64,000 nucleotides of DNA from Squalus acanthias (taxonomy: Eukaryota), in NCBI GenBank assembly GCA_030390025.1, contig CM059438.1, forward strand, positions 68,202,001 through 68,266,000, read 5' to 3'. Below the pieces are notes generated by a model. The model was given only the letters and a program-made list of their open reading frames with translations. It was not told the origin of the DNA and made no database searches. The translations under genes and the position numbers were made by a program. Of this stretch, positions 50,411-61,532 are shown one piece after another; position 1 is the first letter of the stretch; each line of letters begins with the position of its first letter.

Positions 50411-53400
50411 AAAGAAAGATAAGGAAGGCCATTTGAGATCTCAATGCAGGGCATTTGATTAGAAGATTTTTCTGATGACATCAATGAGATTAGTCACTAA
50501 ATTTGCCCCACAGCTGCTCTGTACCTTTAATTCTACACTCACTACATCCAGAAACTTTAAGCAGAGCAGTTCTGCAAAGCAGCCAACCATTTTAGCTAGT
50601 ATAAATAAATGTAATTTGATGAAGTCCTGCTAGGAAGACTTGTTGATTCTCGTAGATCAAGTTGGACTTGTTAAGGAATGCTTGAGTTGTGATGGTCTAG
50701 ATGCAATCATGTTATGCAAAGAACCTACTGCATCCATTGCAACTTCTTCATGCTAGGAAAACATTCAACAGATGGAATGGCCTTACTACATGTTTATTGT
50801 TGAATAGTTTGCATCTGGAGGCCAGTTGAGTGGCTCAGTGTCATGTTTTCAAATACCAAGGCCATGGTCGCTGAAGGTTGAACTTAATTCTCCTCCTTTC
50901 TTCTCCCTAGGCGTGGCCGGGTAAGGGTTTCTGCCCCTTCTCCTGGCTCTGCCTTTGCAGTTGGGGTATTAGGATTAAGTATATCAGCACTTACTGCTAC
51001 TTTGGGGAACGGGGGACTTAATAAACAGAAATCGTGCCCAAAAGTTCAATGATTTATTTGCAATTTTCTCTCTATCCACAACGCCTGGTCTCAGACAACC
51101 TAAAAACAGCAAATAGATTTTGAGTATCTGATCCAAAGCAGTGGCTTTTCTTCTCTTCAGATCAGACTAATGATTCATTTGTTGAATAGCTTGTACCGTT
51201 ATGCAGGCCTCCTGGCTTGATGAGGAAAACATTGGTTGACCCAGCAAAATCAGTCATGGTGGTAAATGCAAAGAGAAGACACAACTAAAATGAACTCTAA
51301 CAATGCAAACCATCTGCAATGCAATTGGTGGCAATGTGAGGATCACAATAAAGCAAGCTGAGAGCTTCTAACCTGTCCGTCCACTGTTGATCAATTTATT
51401 GGTGCAGACCGAGAGTAAACTGCTGGTTTGACATGAGTGGCATGAATCATTTTCAGACCTTAATTAGCAAGGTTGTCTTCTGAACTTGTCAGCTGAAATG
51501 GATTTGAAATTAGCTACATGGCGCTGCCCAGAGAATGATTCATTGGAAATGGCGATCTGCCTCTGGAGGCACAACAGGTGCCGGCAGCTTGTCCAAAGTA
51601 TTAAAATGAGGCCCAAGGTCCAATTTAGTTCCACCCTTAGGCCTCCTGGATCAGGCACACGCTATCTGCACCCCGTTGGTTATGTGCCTGAAAAAGGGCC
51701 GTAACCGATTTCTGCCCCTTAATATCCTTCCCCAGACCTTCTCATTCAGTAATGTTCTTCCTTCATCAGGTCTCGTGATTATTGTGTGTGTTGAATCTAG
51801 AAGGAAAATGTTAATGTTCTGCAGCATTACATCTCGAGGTGGATTTAAACTTTATAAACTTTCTGCTATTTCTTAATGATTCCCAGTATTTGTCCAGCTT
51901 TGGCTGGTTGAATTATGTTTTTGGCACAGTATAAGTTTGAAGTTGAACGTCAAGTCTAAGAGCTGGTGAGGGTGAGATGTTCTGGAGTTTGCTTGGTTGC
52001 CTTTGGAGATTCAGAAATATTGATGCAAGACATTCCTATGAGATATTAGAAAACTTGGGTAGAGTCCATGATTGAATTGGGTGTGCATGGGCTATGGTAG
52101 GAGATGGTTTAATGAGCCAAGTAGACTGTTCTCATATGATTTATTTTGTTCTATACCAATTTGATTGCACTGCACCCAAGAAAAATAGTAATACTCTTAA
52201 TGATGAAAAATAAACTTTAAAATGTTTATATGTAGATTATGGAGATCTGACATTTGGTTCCAGCAGATTCAGGAACCCATGACTTGAGTGTAAAATCATA
52301 TGTATCCTTTGGAGTTGATCCCAGAGCAGCTATTGGGTGTATGGTCCCCAATCAGGGAGCATCATTTTCTGTACATAGCTGAACGATTAAACACTGGGAT
52401 ATGCTAATCCCCTTTCTATTTATTGTACTGTATTTTCCCTTGGTTGGCAGTTGAGTTTGTGGCTGTCATGATTGTTCCTGAAATATCCAGAATGCATAGC
52501 ATTAAGTTTTAATAATATTAGAAAAATCTCCTTTGAGGACTTTACAGGGAAATCACTTTAAACATTTAACTGTGCGTTCTACCAAATAAAACAGTCAGCA
52601 CAATGTGGAGAAACAACTTGCCTTACCCTCGCTGATGAAGCATATTAGTCATGTTGTATGTCAAATTTACGGAAGTTATAACATCTGCTTCTCCCTTGTT
52701 TTGTTCCATGTTATGCAAAATATAAGGCAAGAATTTGGCAATGCTAGTTAAATCTCTGGCCGATGCTTAACTCGATATCTTCTGCACTGATGAAGCATTT
52801 GTGAAAGTGTTTGCAACAATCTTCTCTGACAGATTTACCTTACTGTATTGTACATGTGCCAATGAAAGCCCTTTAGGCAACTATATTAGATTGCTTGCAA
52901 AAAGGTCACCCATAAGGGGTTTAATGATGTCGGCTTTGCAGCCTGGCTCTGTCACTTCCAACTATTCAACTAGTTTGAATGCCAAACTCTCTTCTCCCCA
53001 TTTACTGCGTCCATCTGTCTCCCAGACACTGTCAACCAACCCATCTGCAGTTTTATGGAAGCGTGTGAGAAAGCACCATCTGCAGATTGTAGACCTTTTG
53101 GCAAAACGGATGCCGTCGCTGCAGGAGCTGTGGTCATCTGTGCTAACAAACCATTAGCCTTTATCGTTTTCTACCTGAAAGAGGAATCATCCATTCTGTT
53201 GTTTGTTCCAAAGCCTCTCTGGAGATGTTTCTCTCCTCTGAAACCTAGCTATTAGCTTTTGATCCATTTCCATTTTAAATTACTGTATCAGCTGTCAAAG
53301 TGATTACGTGGGTCGCCAGTGCTGTTTTATGGATACTGGAGCTTAAAGATCTGCTTTTACACATCTGTTTGATTCAGAAAATGAACAGGTTGTGACACCA

Positions 53401-53509
53401 GAGGCTGCGTGCTAATGAACTGTTTTTCAAGCAATCACAGTTTTAACGAAGCGGTTTATTTAAGCAGACCAGTAAACAAACAGCATGATTTCCATTCTGT
53501 TACATTCGG

Positions 53510-53970
53510 TGTTAGCATTTGCTCAATGGTTGCAATCAAGCCTCTGAGTCAGAAGGTTGCCTGTTCAAGTCCCACTCCAGAGACTTGAGTGCATAATCTG
53601 GGCTGCCACTGCAGTGATGTACTGAGCGAGCGCTGCACTGTCGGTATTGTCGCCTTTCAGATAAGACGTTAAACCGAGTTCCTATCTGCTCTCTCAGGTG
53701 GGTGAAAAAGACCTCACGGCACTGTCCAAATAAGAGAAGGAAAGTTCTCCTGGTGTCCTGAGGTATATTTTTCCTCAACTGATATCAGTAAAAACAGTTC
53801 AATTGGTCATTTATTTCATTGCTCTTTGTGGGACCTTGCTGCATACAGATCAGCTGCTGCATTTCACTACATTGCAATTGTGATTGCACATCAAATATCT
53901 ATATTGAGCATGAAGCACTTTGGGACTGAGGTTGTGAAAGGTACTGTATAAATGCAAGTTGTTTGTTCTT
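53510..53970 (+). mobile_element. tRNA-derived Deu-domain SINE with L2-like tail
   Basis: B-box-like GTTCAAGTCCC, central CTGCACTGTC...AGACGTTAAACCGAG, tail ATAAATGCAAGT; co-linear with 63545-63965. Confidence 0.8.
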
Positions 53971-54169
53971 CCTTATTACTCAATAAAATCAACCAATCAC
54001 AAAATTCTGCTCCATCGGCTCTCCACTGTCGCACTCACCTAGTTTCATTCCTATGTTTCCAGCCGTAACCATAGAATCACCTGCAACGGCTTCTCTTCCC
54101 GATCCCGCACTGTCACCTCTGGTGCCCCCCAAGGATCTATTCTTGGCCCCCTGCTATTTCTCATCAACA

Positions 54170-54296
54170 TACTGCCCCTCGGTGACATCATGCTGGCCCT
54201 CGGTGACATCATGCTGGCCCTCGGTGACATCATACTGCCCCTCGGTGACATCATGCTGGCCCTCGGTGACATCATGCTGGCCCTCGGTGAAATCAT
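54170..54296. repeat. 21-bp tandem repeat, about 6 copies, inside the L2 RT domain
   Basis: CCCTCGGTGACATCATGCTGG (LALGDIM / LPLGDII in the L2 frame). Confidence 0.95.
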
Positions 54297-54597
54297 CCAG
54301 CAACATAACGTGAGTTTTCACATGTACGCTGGTGATACCCAGCTCTACCTCTCCTCCACCTCTCTCGAACTCTCTGCCATCTCTATACTGCTTGTCCGAC
54401 ATCAAGCACTGGATAAGTAGAGATTTCCTCCAATTAAATATCGGGAAGACCGAAGCCATCGTCTTTGGTTCACGCCACACTCCGTTCCCTTTCCACTAAT
54501 TCGAGCTCTCTCCCCGGCAACTGTCTAAGGCTGACCAACTCTGTTCGCAACCTTGGTGTCATATTTGATCGTGAATTGAGCTTCCTACCTTATATCC

Positions 54598-57500
54598 GTT
54601 TAAACTAACTAGTGGCGGGGAGGTTCCTAGAGAGCAAATAATAAAAATGACAACAGAGAAGGTCATAGACTTAGGTAGCAGTGGGGAAATTAAAAACCAG
54701 AGTGTGTCAGGAAGGGGCAGAAGGTATGGAGTAAAAGGTAAAGTAATAAAAAGGGCAAAAGCAGGAACTAAGTGTCACAAAACATATTTGAAAGTTCTCT
54801 ATCTGAATGCACGTAGCATTCGTAACAAAATAGACGAGTTAATGGCACAAATAACTACATATGGGTAGGATCTTGTGGCCATTACAGAAACATAGCTGCA
54901 GGGTGACAATGCCTGGGAATTAAACATACCAGGTTATTTAACGATCAGGAAGGGAAGGCAGGAAGGAAGGGGAGGTGGGGTGGCTATGTTAATAAAGGAA
55001 GGAATCACTGTAATACAGAGAAATGATATTGGGTCAAAAGATCAGGATAATGAAACAGTTTGGGTGGAGATAAGGAATAATAAGGGGAAAAAAACATTAG
55101 TGGGCGTAGTCTATAGGCCTCCGAACAGTTGCAACTCTGTTGGACGGAGTATCAATCAGGAAATAGTTGAGGCTTGTAATAAGGGAACATCTATAATTAT
55201 GGGGGATTTTAACTAACATATTATTTGGACAAATCAAATTGGGCAGGGCTGCCTTGAGGATGAGTTCATTGAGTGTATTAGGGATGGGTTTCTTGAGCAG
55301 TATGTAACTGAACCGAACAGGGGACAAGCAACCTTAGATCTGGTCCTGTGTAACGAGACAGGATTAATTAAAAATGTCCTAGTAAAGGATCCCCTTGGAA
55401 TGAGTGACCATAACATGGTTGAATTCCATATTCAATTAGAGGGTGAGAAGGTTGGATCTCAAACAAGCGTGCTAAGCTTGAATAAAGGAGACTATGAAGG
55501 TATGCGAGCGGAATTGAGTAGAGTGGGTTGGGAAAATAGATTAAAGGGTAAGACGATACATGATCAGTGGTGTACATTTAAGGAGTTATTTTACAACTTC
55601 CAAAAAATATATATTCCACTGAGAAGAAAAGGGTGTAAAAGAAAAGACAGTCATCCGTGGCTAAGTAAAGAAATTAAGGATAGTATTCGACTAAAAACAA
55701 GGGCTATAAGGAAGCCAAATCTAGTGGGAGCATAGAGGATTGGGAAAACTTTAAAAGACAGCAAAAAATAACAAAAAGATTGATTAAGAAATGGAAGATA
55801 GATTATGAAAGTAAATTAGCAAAAAATATAAAAACAGATAGTAAGAGTTTTTATAGTTATATAAAAAGAAAAAGGGTGGCTAAAGTAAATGTTGGTCCCT
55901 TAGAGGATGAGACTGGGAAATTAATGGTGGGAAATATGGAGATGGCAAATACACTGAATTAATATTTTGTATCAGTCTTTACAGTAGAGGACACTAAGAA
56001 TATCCCAACACTGGACAAACAGGGGGCTATAGGGGGGGAGGAGCTAAACACGATCAAAATCACTAAGGAAGTGGTACTCGGTAAAATAATGGGACTCAAG
56101 GCAGATAAATCACCTGGACCTGATGGCTTACATCCTAGGGTCTTGAGGGAAGTGGCGGTAGGGATTGTGGATGCATTGGTAATAATTTTCCAAAACTCCC
56201 TGGACTCAGCAAAGATCCCGGCAGACTGGAAAACTGCTAATGTAACACCCTTATTTAAAAAGGGCAGTAGACAGAAGGCTGGAAACTATAGACTGGTTAG
56301 CCTAACATCTGTGGTAAGTAAAATTTTGGAGTCCATTATTAAGGAGACAGTAACGGGACATTTGGATAATCATAATTTAATAGGACAAAGTCAGCATGGT
56401 TTTATGAAGGGGAAGTCATGTTTGACAAATCTGCTGGAGTTCTTTGAGGAAGTAACATACAGGGTGGATAAAGGGGAACCAGTGGATGTGGTGTATTTAG
56501 ACTTCCAAAAGGCATTTGACAAGGTGCCACACAAAAGATTATTGCTTAAGATAAATAATCACGGGATTGGGGGTAATATTCTGGCATGGATAGAGGATTG
56601 GCTATCTAACAGAAGGCAGAGAGTTGGGATAAATGGTTCATTCTTAGACTGGCAATCAGTAGCTAGTGGTGTTCCGCAGGGGTCAGTGCTGGGTCCCCAA
56701 CTCTTTACAATCTATATTAACGATTTGGAGGAGGGGACCGAGTGTAACATATCAAAGTTTGCAGATGATACTAAGATGGGAGCGAAAGTAGTGAGTGAGG
56801 AGGACATAAAAAATCTGCAAGGGGACATAGACAGGCTAAGTAAGTGGGCAGAGATTTGGCAGATGGAATACAATACTGGAAAGTGTGAGGTTATGCACTT
56901 TGGCAGGAAAAATAGTAGAGCAAGTTATTATCTTAATGGCAAGAAACTGGAAAGTACTGAAGTACAAAGGGATCTGGGGGTCCTGGTGCACGAAACTCAA
57001 AAGGTTAGTATGCAGGTGCAGCAAGTGATTAAGAAGGCAAATGGAATGTTGGCTTTCATTGCTAGGGGGATAGAATATAAAAATAGGGAGATATTGCTTC
57101 AGTTGTACAAGGTATTGGTGAGACCGCACCTGGAATACTGCATACAGTTTTGGTGTCCATACTTAAGAAAAGACATACTTGCTCTCGAGTCAGTACAAAG
57201 AAGGTTCACTCGGTTAATCCCGGGGATGAGGGGATGGACATATGAGGAGAGGTTGGGTAGATTGGGACTCTACTCATTGGAGTTTAGAAGAATGAGAGGC
57301 GATCTTATTGAAACATATAAGATTGTGAAGGGGTTGGATCGGGTGGATGCGGGGACGATGTTCCCGATGATGGGTGAAACTAGAACTAGGGGGCATAGTC
57401 TTAGAATAAGGGGCTGCTCTTTCAAAACTGAGATGAGAAGGAATTACTTCACTCAGAGGGTGGTAGGTCCATGGAATATGCTGCCCCAAAAAGCTGTAGA

Positions 57501-57822
57501 AGCTACATCATTACATAAATTTAAAACAGAAATAGACAGTTTCCTAGAAGTAAAGGGAATTAAGGGTTACGGGGAGCGGGCAGGAATTTGGACATGAGTC
57601 TAGGTTCGGATCGGTCATGGCCCTGTGGGTAGCGTAGCGGGCCCAGGGGCCGTGTAGCCTGATCCTGCTCCTATTTCGTGTGTCCAATTCTGTTAGGTTC
57701 AGGAGATGGTTCTGTGATAGTAGATTGGCGGTTAGGATCAGATCAGCCATGATCTTATTGAATGGCGGAGCAGGCTCGAGGGGCCAATTGGCCTACTCCT
57801 GCTCCTATTTCTTATGTTCTTA
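54598..57822 (+). mobile_element. CR1 LINE with nearly complete ORF2; the 3' 508 codons (56071-57597) are still open
   Basis: YLNARSIRNK, YRPP, MGDFN, SDH, full RT ([14 protein letters not shown]), TTCTTATG tail. Stops and frameshifts in the 5' half. Confidence 0.96.
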
Positions 57823-58770
57823 TTTCCACCTTCATAATATCGCCCGTCTTCGCCCTTACCTCAACTTTTCTGCTGCTGAAACCCTCATCCACGCCTTTAT
57901 CACCTCTAGACTTGACGATTCCAATGCACTCCTCCTGGCCTCCCTAGTTCTATCCTCCATAAACGCGAGGTCATCCAAATCTCTGCCACCCGTGTGCTAA
58001 GTGGCACCAAGTCCCGCTCACCCATCTCCCCTGTGCTTGCTGACCTACATTGGCTCCCAGTTAAGCAATGCCTCGATTTCAAAATTCTCATCTTTGTTTT
58101 CAAATTCCTCCATGGCCTTGCCCCTCCTTAATCTCTGTAATCTCCTGGAATCATAGAATGCGTACAGCACAGAAGGAGGCCATTCGGCCCGTCGAGCCCA
58201 TGCTGGCTCTCTGCAAGAGCACTTCAGCTAGTCCCACTCCCCTGCCCTTTCCCCGTAGCCCTGCAATTTTTTTTCCTTCAGGCACTTATCCAATTCCCTT
58301 TTGAAAACCATGATTGAATCTGCCTCTACCACCCTTTCAGGCAGTGCATTCCAGATTCTAACCACTCGCTGCGTAAAAAAGGTTTTCCTCATGTCGCCTT
58401 TGGTTCTTCTGCCAATCACCTTAAAGCTGTTTCCTCTGGTTCTTGACCCTTCCGCCAATGGGAACAGTTTCTCTCTATCTACTCTGTCTAGACCTCTCTT
58501 GATTTTGAACGCCTCTATCAAATCTCCTCTCAATCTTCTCAGCTCGAAGGAGAACAGCCCCAGCTTCTCCTGTCTATCCACGTAACTGATGTCCCTCATC
58601 CCTGGAACCATTCTCGTAAATCTTTTCTGCACCCTCTCTAATGGCTTCACATCCTTCCTAAAGTGCAGTGCCCAGAATTGGACACAATACTCCAGTTGAG
58701 GCTGAACCAGTGTTTTATAAAGGTTCATCATAACTCCTTTGCTTTTGTACTCCATGCCTCTATTTATGAA

Positions 58771-59041
58771 TTATGTCTCAGTTGTATCTTGCTATGTCTT
58801 TGATGTGGTACCTTCCTGGCTGACTTAATTAACTTTATCACACCTCGGCAGATAGTCAGGATGATTTAATTTAGTGGTCTGCAATTGTAAGGTACACATG
58901 CTTTGTTCTCTATCTATATATGCTTTGGCGATTCTGTATCTAATTTACTTCACCTGAGGAAGGAGCAATCGATAGCTCCGAAAGCTTGTGATTTCAAATA
59001 AAACTGTTGGACTATAACCTGGTGTTGTGCGACCTCTCAAT
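58771..59041 (+). mobile_element. Non-coding Penelope-like terminal fragment (family 1)
   Basis: 12-bp TSD TCTATTTATGAA (58759-58770 and 59042-59053), homologous to the reverse complement of 60170-60300, contains a hammerhead motif. Penelope assignment is inferred because no coding sequence is present. Confidence 0.75.
58950..58991 (+). ncRNA. Minimal type I hammerhead ribozyme motif
   Basis: UCAC-CUGAGGA-A-GGAGC(aaucgaua)GCUCC-GAAA-GCU-U-GUGA: helix I UCAC/GUGA, core boxes CUGANGA and GAAA, palindromic AGCU in place of helix III. Confidence 0.75.
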
Positions 59042-59925
59042 TCTATTTATGAAGCCTAGGATCCCATATGCTTTTTTAACTGCTTTCTCAACCTGCCCTG
59101 CCACCTTCAACGATTTGTGCACATATACCCCCAGGTCTCTCTGTTCATGCCTCCAGCCCTATAATCCCCCTAGTCCTCTATGCTCCACCTATTCTAGCCT
59201 TTAGAACATCCACAATTTTAAATGCTCCACCATTGGCGGTTGTGCCTTCAGCTGCCAAAGTCCAATGCTCTGGAATTCCCTGCCTAAACCTCTCCACCTC
59301 ACTACCTCTCTTTCCTCCTTTAAGACGCTCTTTAAAACCTACCTCTTCGGCCAAGCTTTTGGTCATCTGCCCTAACATCTTACATGGCTCTGTGGTCCAT
59401 TTATTTTCGTAACACTCCTGTGACGCGCCTTGGGATGTTTTATTGGGTTGTAAACTCCAGTCGTACCCATACATGCATTTGGGGTCATTAGTTCTGCGAA
59501 ATTTTGCTGAGGCTCTCTAGACACAGGTAAGTGGGGTATCTCCCTACGGGGACATGGTGTGCAGTCTTTGTTGGACAAACAAAAAATCGATAGGTGTAGA
59601 TTTCTCATTAGAGTGATTCAGAGATTTTAAAATATCGCAACGGGTTTCTATACGTGCCACAGACAGCCACTGACTCAAAAAATATTAAATTTAAGAATAA
59701 TGGTCAATTTTCTTTCAATGGGGTTCTAAGTTAAATCAGTAGCTATGTCATTGGCTCAGAGAGGAAAGATAAGTAAATGACCTCAGAGAACCAATATGAT
59801 TTTAGGTAAATTGCACAGAGATTCTGGAAATCCAATTATTTAATGTTAATTAAAAAAATTTTATTCTTCTCATTAAATGAACTCTCGACGTCAGATGGCA
59901 TTGTAGGTGAAAATATAAGACCATG

Positions 59926-60103
59926 ATCCTGAATTTCCTTGAATTCACTGTCGCTACGCTGCCATAACTTTGCCGGAAGCACAGAGGAAATGTCTTTCAC
60001 GCGGGTAAACTGGGTTTCTCACACATTTCCGGTGAAGTTACGGTGCAGTTACGATGCAGTTATGATGCTGTAGTGGAAGAAAGTCAGAGGAAACTCAGGG
60101 GCC
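59926..60103. mobile_element. Short palindromic MITE
   Basis: CCTGAATTTCCT ... AGGAAACTCAGG, with internal inverted ATAACTTTGCCGGAA / TTCCGGTGAAGTTA; ends resemble 24797-25269. Confidence 0.6.
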
Positions 60104-60128
60104 CATGTCTTTGCTGAAAATACTCTTG

Positions 60129-60408
60129 ATGCGGAGATGCCGATGTTGGACTGGGGTGGACAAAAGTGAGAAGTCGCACAACACCAGGTTATAGTCCAAA
60201 AGTTTTATTTGAAATCACGAGCTTTCGGAGCTGCTGCTCCTTCATCAGGTGAAGTGAAGGAATACGAATCGGCAAAGCATATATAGACAGAGAACAATGC
60301 CTGTGCAGCGTACAATGTCAGACGACTACAGTTAATCTTTCTGACTGCCTTTTATCACAACTTGTTTAAAGTTTATGGTTTTTCTGGTGTTGTGCGACTT
60401 CTCACTTT
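60129..60408 (-). mobile_element. Non-coding Penelope-like terminal fragment (family 1) with a short inverted end
   Basis: 14-bp TSD TGAAAATACTCTTG (60115-60128 and 60409-60422), 27-bp inverted repeat 60161-60187 / 60384-60410, hammerhead motif. Confidence 0.78.
60215..60252 (-). ncRNA. Minimal type I hammerhead ribozyme motif
   Basis: UCAC-CUGAUGA-A-GGAGC(agca)GCUCC-GAAA-GCU-C-GUGA. Confidence 0.78.
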
Positions 60409-60705
60409 TGAAAATACTCTTGTACAAGCATCATCTCTCAGATCCCCTGAGGCCGTGTTAGAATATCAGAACTTCATAGCATGTGACAGCAATGAGTGTA
60501 ATTCCTCTGTCTGATCAATTGAACACCAGAGTATAATTGCTGGTCCCAGCAACTACAATCGTGGCTTGCAGGTAAAAACACAGAAAATGAATACCTTTCC
60601 CCTCAGATTTAGTGTGCACCAAATTAAGTACATGACATTGTGTTATTACCATGATGAACGGGTGTGATTTTTTTTTTTAGGACAACTAATTATGAAATGC
60701 TACTT

Positions 60706-61369
60706 CGATAGCAAAATACTGCGGATGCTGGAAATCCGAAATAACAATAGAAAACGCTGGAAAAACTCAGCAGGCCAGGCAGCATCCGTGGAGAGAGAAA
60801 GAGAGTTAACGTTTCAGGTCGATGACCTTTCGTCAGAACTGTGACGAGCCGGAAATCAAATAGATTTAATGCCAGAGTAAAGCTGGGAAAAGGGTGAGGG
60901 GATAAAAGAACAAAGGGGGAGATGAAGAGACATTAAGAGACATTAAGAGATATGCAAGGCTAGAGGTGGTGTTAATGTGACAGATTAAGGCTGAAAGAAG
61001 TGTGAAATCCACTGGCAGAATGAAGGACAGCTGCCAGCTTCTAGGAGGAAAAAAAAGGTGGGGGGGGGCAAATAAAAGGTTGGAAAAAATAAAATATAAA
61101 TGTGATTGGAGCTGAGGTTATGATCTAAAATTGTTGAACTCGATATTGAGTCCAGAGGGCTGTAGCGTGCCTAAACGAAAGATGAGGTGCTGTTCCTCGA
61201 GCTTACGCTGCGCTTCCGTGGAACAGTGTAATAGGCCGAGGACGGTGAGGTCAGAGTGGGAGTGAAGCGGTGAATTAAAGTGACAGGCCACCGGGAGCTC
61301 GGGGTCCCCCTTACGGACTGAACGGAGGTGTTCCGCAAAGCGGTCACCCAATCTGCGTTTGGTCTCCCC
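60706..61369 (-). mobile_element. 5'-truncated Penelope-like element (family 2): GIY-YIG endonuclease C-terminus plus 3' terminal region
   Basis: IGETKRRLGDRFAEHLRSV...PVACHFNS...RKLEEQHLIFRLGTLQPSGLN; 10-bp TSD AATGCTACTT (60696-60705 and 61370-61379). Confidence 0.92.
60804..60840 (-). ncRNA. Minimal type I hammerhead ribozyme motif in the Penelope-like 3' region
   Basis: AGUU-CUGACGA-A-AGGUC(auc)GACCU-GAAA-CGU-U-AACU, on the same strand as the GIY-YIG ORF. Confidence 0.8.
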
Positions 61370-61532
61370 AATGCTACTTGTCTACCGGGTATCCATTTTA
61401 TAAAAGTTGACAAGAAGCTCTGAAAAGTCACACAGGCTTTATTTTCTAATCTTCAATGGCATCTTCCAAAGCAAATTGAACATTTCAGGATTGAAATTGG
61501 TTTTCGGTGTTACCACAAAACGAGAGGTAGTG

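Larger units (their letters stand above)
58148..59147 (-). mobile_element. 5'-truncated CR1 LINE, itself interrupted by a Penelope-like fragment
   Basis: EYKSKGVMMNLYKTLV...RRLRGDLIE; near reverse complement of 28190-28910. Confidence 0.93.
54015..59450 (+). mobile_element. L2 LINE 3' portion broken into three pieces (about 54015-54600, 57820-58147, 59148-59450) by two CR1 insertions
   Basis: GAPQGSILGPLLF, FHMYAGDTQLY, FHLHNIARLRPYL..AETLIHAFITSRLD. The later pieces match L2 at 61533-62097. Confidence 0.88.

Noticed and set aside
53510..53580. tRNA gene (A/B-box-like motifs; also 63545-63580)
   Set aside because: No cloverleaf is evident and the sequence continues into a SINE body, so these are tRNA-derived SINE heads.
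56071..57597. 508-aa RT ORF as an active retroelement or retron-like system
   Set aside because: It is the 3' part of a CR1 ORF2 whose endonuclease half has stops and frameshifts, and ORF1 is missing.
59461..59532. 66-nt exon candidate ending in CAG|GTAAGT
   Set aside because: All three frames contain stops, and the acceptor is weak and sits at an L2 tail.
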